Source: Oscillibacter sp. (GTDB taxonomy: Bacteria > Bacillota > Clostridia > Oscillospirales > Oscillospiraceae). Taken from it: a stretch of DNA of 64,000 bases. Below, one piece after another: positions 62,896 through 64,000 of this stretch. The DNA lies in the NCBI GenBank assembly GCA_017527365.1, contig JAFXQD010000090.1, positions 1,568 through 65,567 on the forward strand, read 5' to 3'. The stretch's first letter is position 1, and the number at the start of each line of letters is the position of its first letter. The position numbers were made by a program, and so were the translations under genes. The notes under the pieces are model-generated. The model was not told the DNA's origin. It did no database searches and saw only the letters and a list, made by a program, of their open reading frames with translations.

Positions 62896-64000
62896 TCAGT
62901 CGTCGAGCAAATCCGCGTATTCGCGGAGCTGTTCCCGCACCACGACAATTTCATTCTTTTTCAGTTCGTTGACCGCCGCCCGGAGCATGTGCCGCATGGA
63001 AATAGGGACGCCCTCCCCGGCGGCGAGGAACGCGGCGGACAGCGCGATATTCTTGATATACCCGCCGGAAAGCTCAAAGGTTTTCGCCAGAAACGCCCAG
63101 TCTATGTCGTCCTCTACGGGCGCGGACGCCGGAACCATGCGCCGATAGATTTCCTCCCGCGTGGGCGGGTCGGGGAACGGGAAGCGGACGACGTAAGTCA
63201 TACGGCGCATAAACGCCTCGTCGATGTTCCCTATCAGGTTCGTGGCAAGCAGACAGACGCCGTCGTACTCCTCGATTTGCTGGAGCAGGTAGGCAACCTC
63301 CACGTTGGCGTTGCGGTCGTGGGCGTCCTTGACCTCGCTCCGCTTGCCAAAGAGCGCGTCGCACTCGTCAAAGAACAGGATGCCGTTCGCCCGCCGCGCC
63401 TCCTGAAAGACCGCCCGGAGATTCTTTTCCGTCTCCCCGATGTACTTGCTTACAATCTGCGACAGGTTGATTTTGTACATCTCCATGTTCAACTGGTTGG
63501 CGATGACTTGGGCGCACATGGTTTTTCCGGTGCCGGGGGAGCCCGCCATCAGAATCGCCAGCCCGCGCCCATACGTAACCCGTTTGCCAAACCCCCACTG
63601 ATAATAGACCTTATGCCGATAGCGGATATGGTCGCAAGCCTCCCGCAGAAGCCGCTTTTGCGTTTCGGGCAAAACCACGTCGTCCCAAGTGTACGCGGGC
63701 GGAACCGCGCTGGCAAGGTCGCCCAGACGGTGGACGGCTTGCGCGTAGCAACAGCGGTGAAGGAGCGGGCTTGGAATCGCCTCCTTGCCTTCCAGCCGCG
63801 CCAGCCCCGCCGCCTGAGCGCAGGCGAGGCGGATTTGCGCGGGCTGGAAGCGGAATTTCGCCGCCAGCTCTTCGGGCGTGCAGCCGTCGATTTCGTAGCC
63901 GGAGAGCGCGCCGCGAAAGAGCTCCGCCCGCTCCTCCTCCTCCGGGGGCGGGATTTCCAGCTCGACCGCCAGCCTCCGCAGGGAGCCCCGGATTGGATTC
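62896..64000 (-). CDS. AAA+ ATPase (CDC48/FtsH-lineage single AAA module, Afp15-like), 5' end outside the window
   Basis: Walker A GSPGTGKTM, ..SKYIGETEKNL.., Walker B ILFFDECDALFGKR and ..DRNANVEVAYLLQQIE... My own translation of 63679-63999 shows the frame stays open upstream of the ORF-track GTG (..ELEIPPPEEEERAELFRGALSGYEIDGCTPEELAAKF..), so the gene continues past 64000. Confidence 0.8.
   Translation of the reverse strand, partial: NPIRGSLRRLAVELEIPPPEEEERAELFRGALSGYEIDGCTPEELAAKFRFQPAQIRLACAQAAGLARLEGKEAIPSPLLHRCCYAQAVHRLGDLASAVPPAYTWDDVVLPETQKRLLREACDHIRYRHKVYYQWGFGKRVTYGRGLAILMAGSPGTGKTMCAQVIANQLNMEMYKINLSQIVSKYIGETEKNLRAVFQEARRANGILFFDECDALFGKRSEVKDAHDRNANVEVAYLLQQIEEYDGVCLLATNLIGNIDEAFMRRMTYVVRFPFPDPPTREEIYRRMVPASAPVEDDIDWAFLAKTFELSGGYIKNIALSAAFLAAGEGVPISMRHMLRAAVNELKKNEIVVVREQLREYADLLDD

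Overview
This is a high-G+C (judged by eye) chromosomal segment from a spore-forming Firmicutes/Clostridia-type organism. The taxon is inferred from gene content and Bacillus-like synteny. Most of the window is core housekeeping:
- xth (partial), an acyl-ACP thioesterase and a GntR regulator
- a minus-strand block: plsX-acpP-rnc-spoIIIAC/AD/AE/AF, then trmFO-topA-dprA and a TrmH-family methyltransferase
- a complete F1Fo ATP synthase operon (atpB-E-F-[H'A]-G-D-C)
- purB, a pdaA-like deacetylase, pfkA, tRNA-Ser(GGA), gdpP and rplI-dnaB
- tilS-hpt-ftsH, gyrB ... gyrA, tRNA-Arg(CCG), sppA, rnhA and comM

No rRNA, CRISPR array, integrase, transposase or prophage genes were seen.

Observations worth a second look:
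1. A visibly lower-GC gene for a TIR domain fused to seven Sel1-like repeats has its own promoter and terminator. It sits directly upstream of a ComEC-type MBL-fold hydrolase gene.
2. A structured 110-156 bp intergenic repeat occurs five times, always in the same orientation and always 3' of plus-strand genes.
3. The ATP synthase operon has no stand-alone delta gene. A delta C-terminal domain is fused in frame to alpha, the a subunit has a partly duplicated N-terminal extension, and the c subunit has a signal-peptide-like extension.
4. Several genes carry frame disruptions: ftsH, a GLUG-motif protein, a DUF4428-like gene with a 52-bp tandem duplication, a TetR gene with an in-frame TAG, and an Old Yellow Enzyme remnant.
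5. A membrane protein with degenerate PP2C/SpoIIE and GHKL domains lies just downstream of an AAA+ ATPase that runs off the window end.
6. Two tandem Wzz/PCP-like paralogues have no polysaccharide genes nearby.

All function calls come from reading motifs in the supplied translations. No database search was run.
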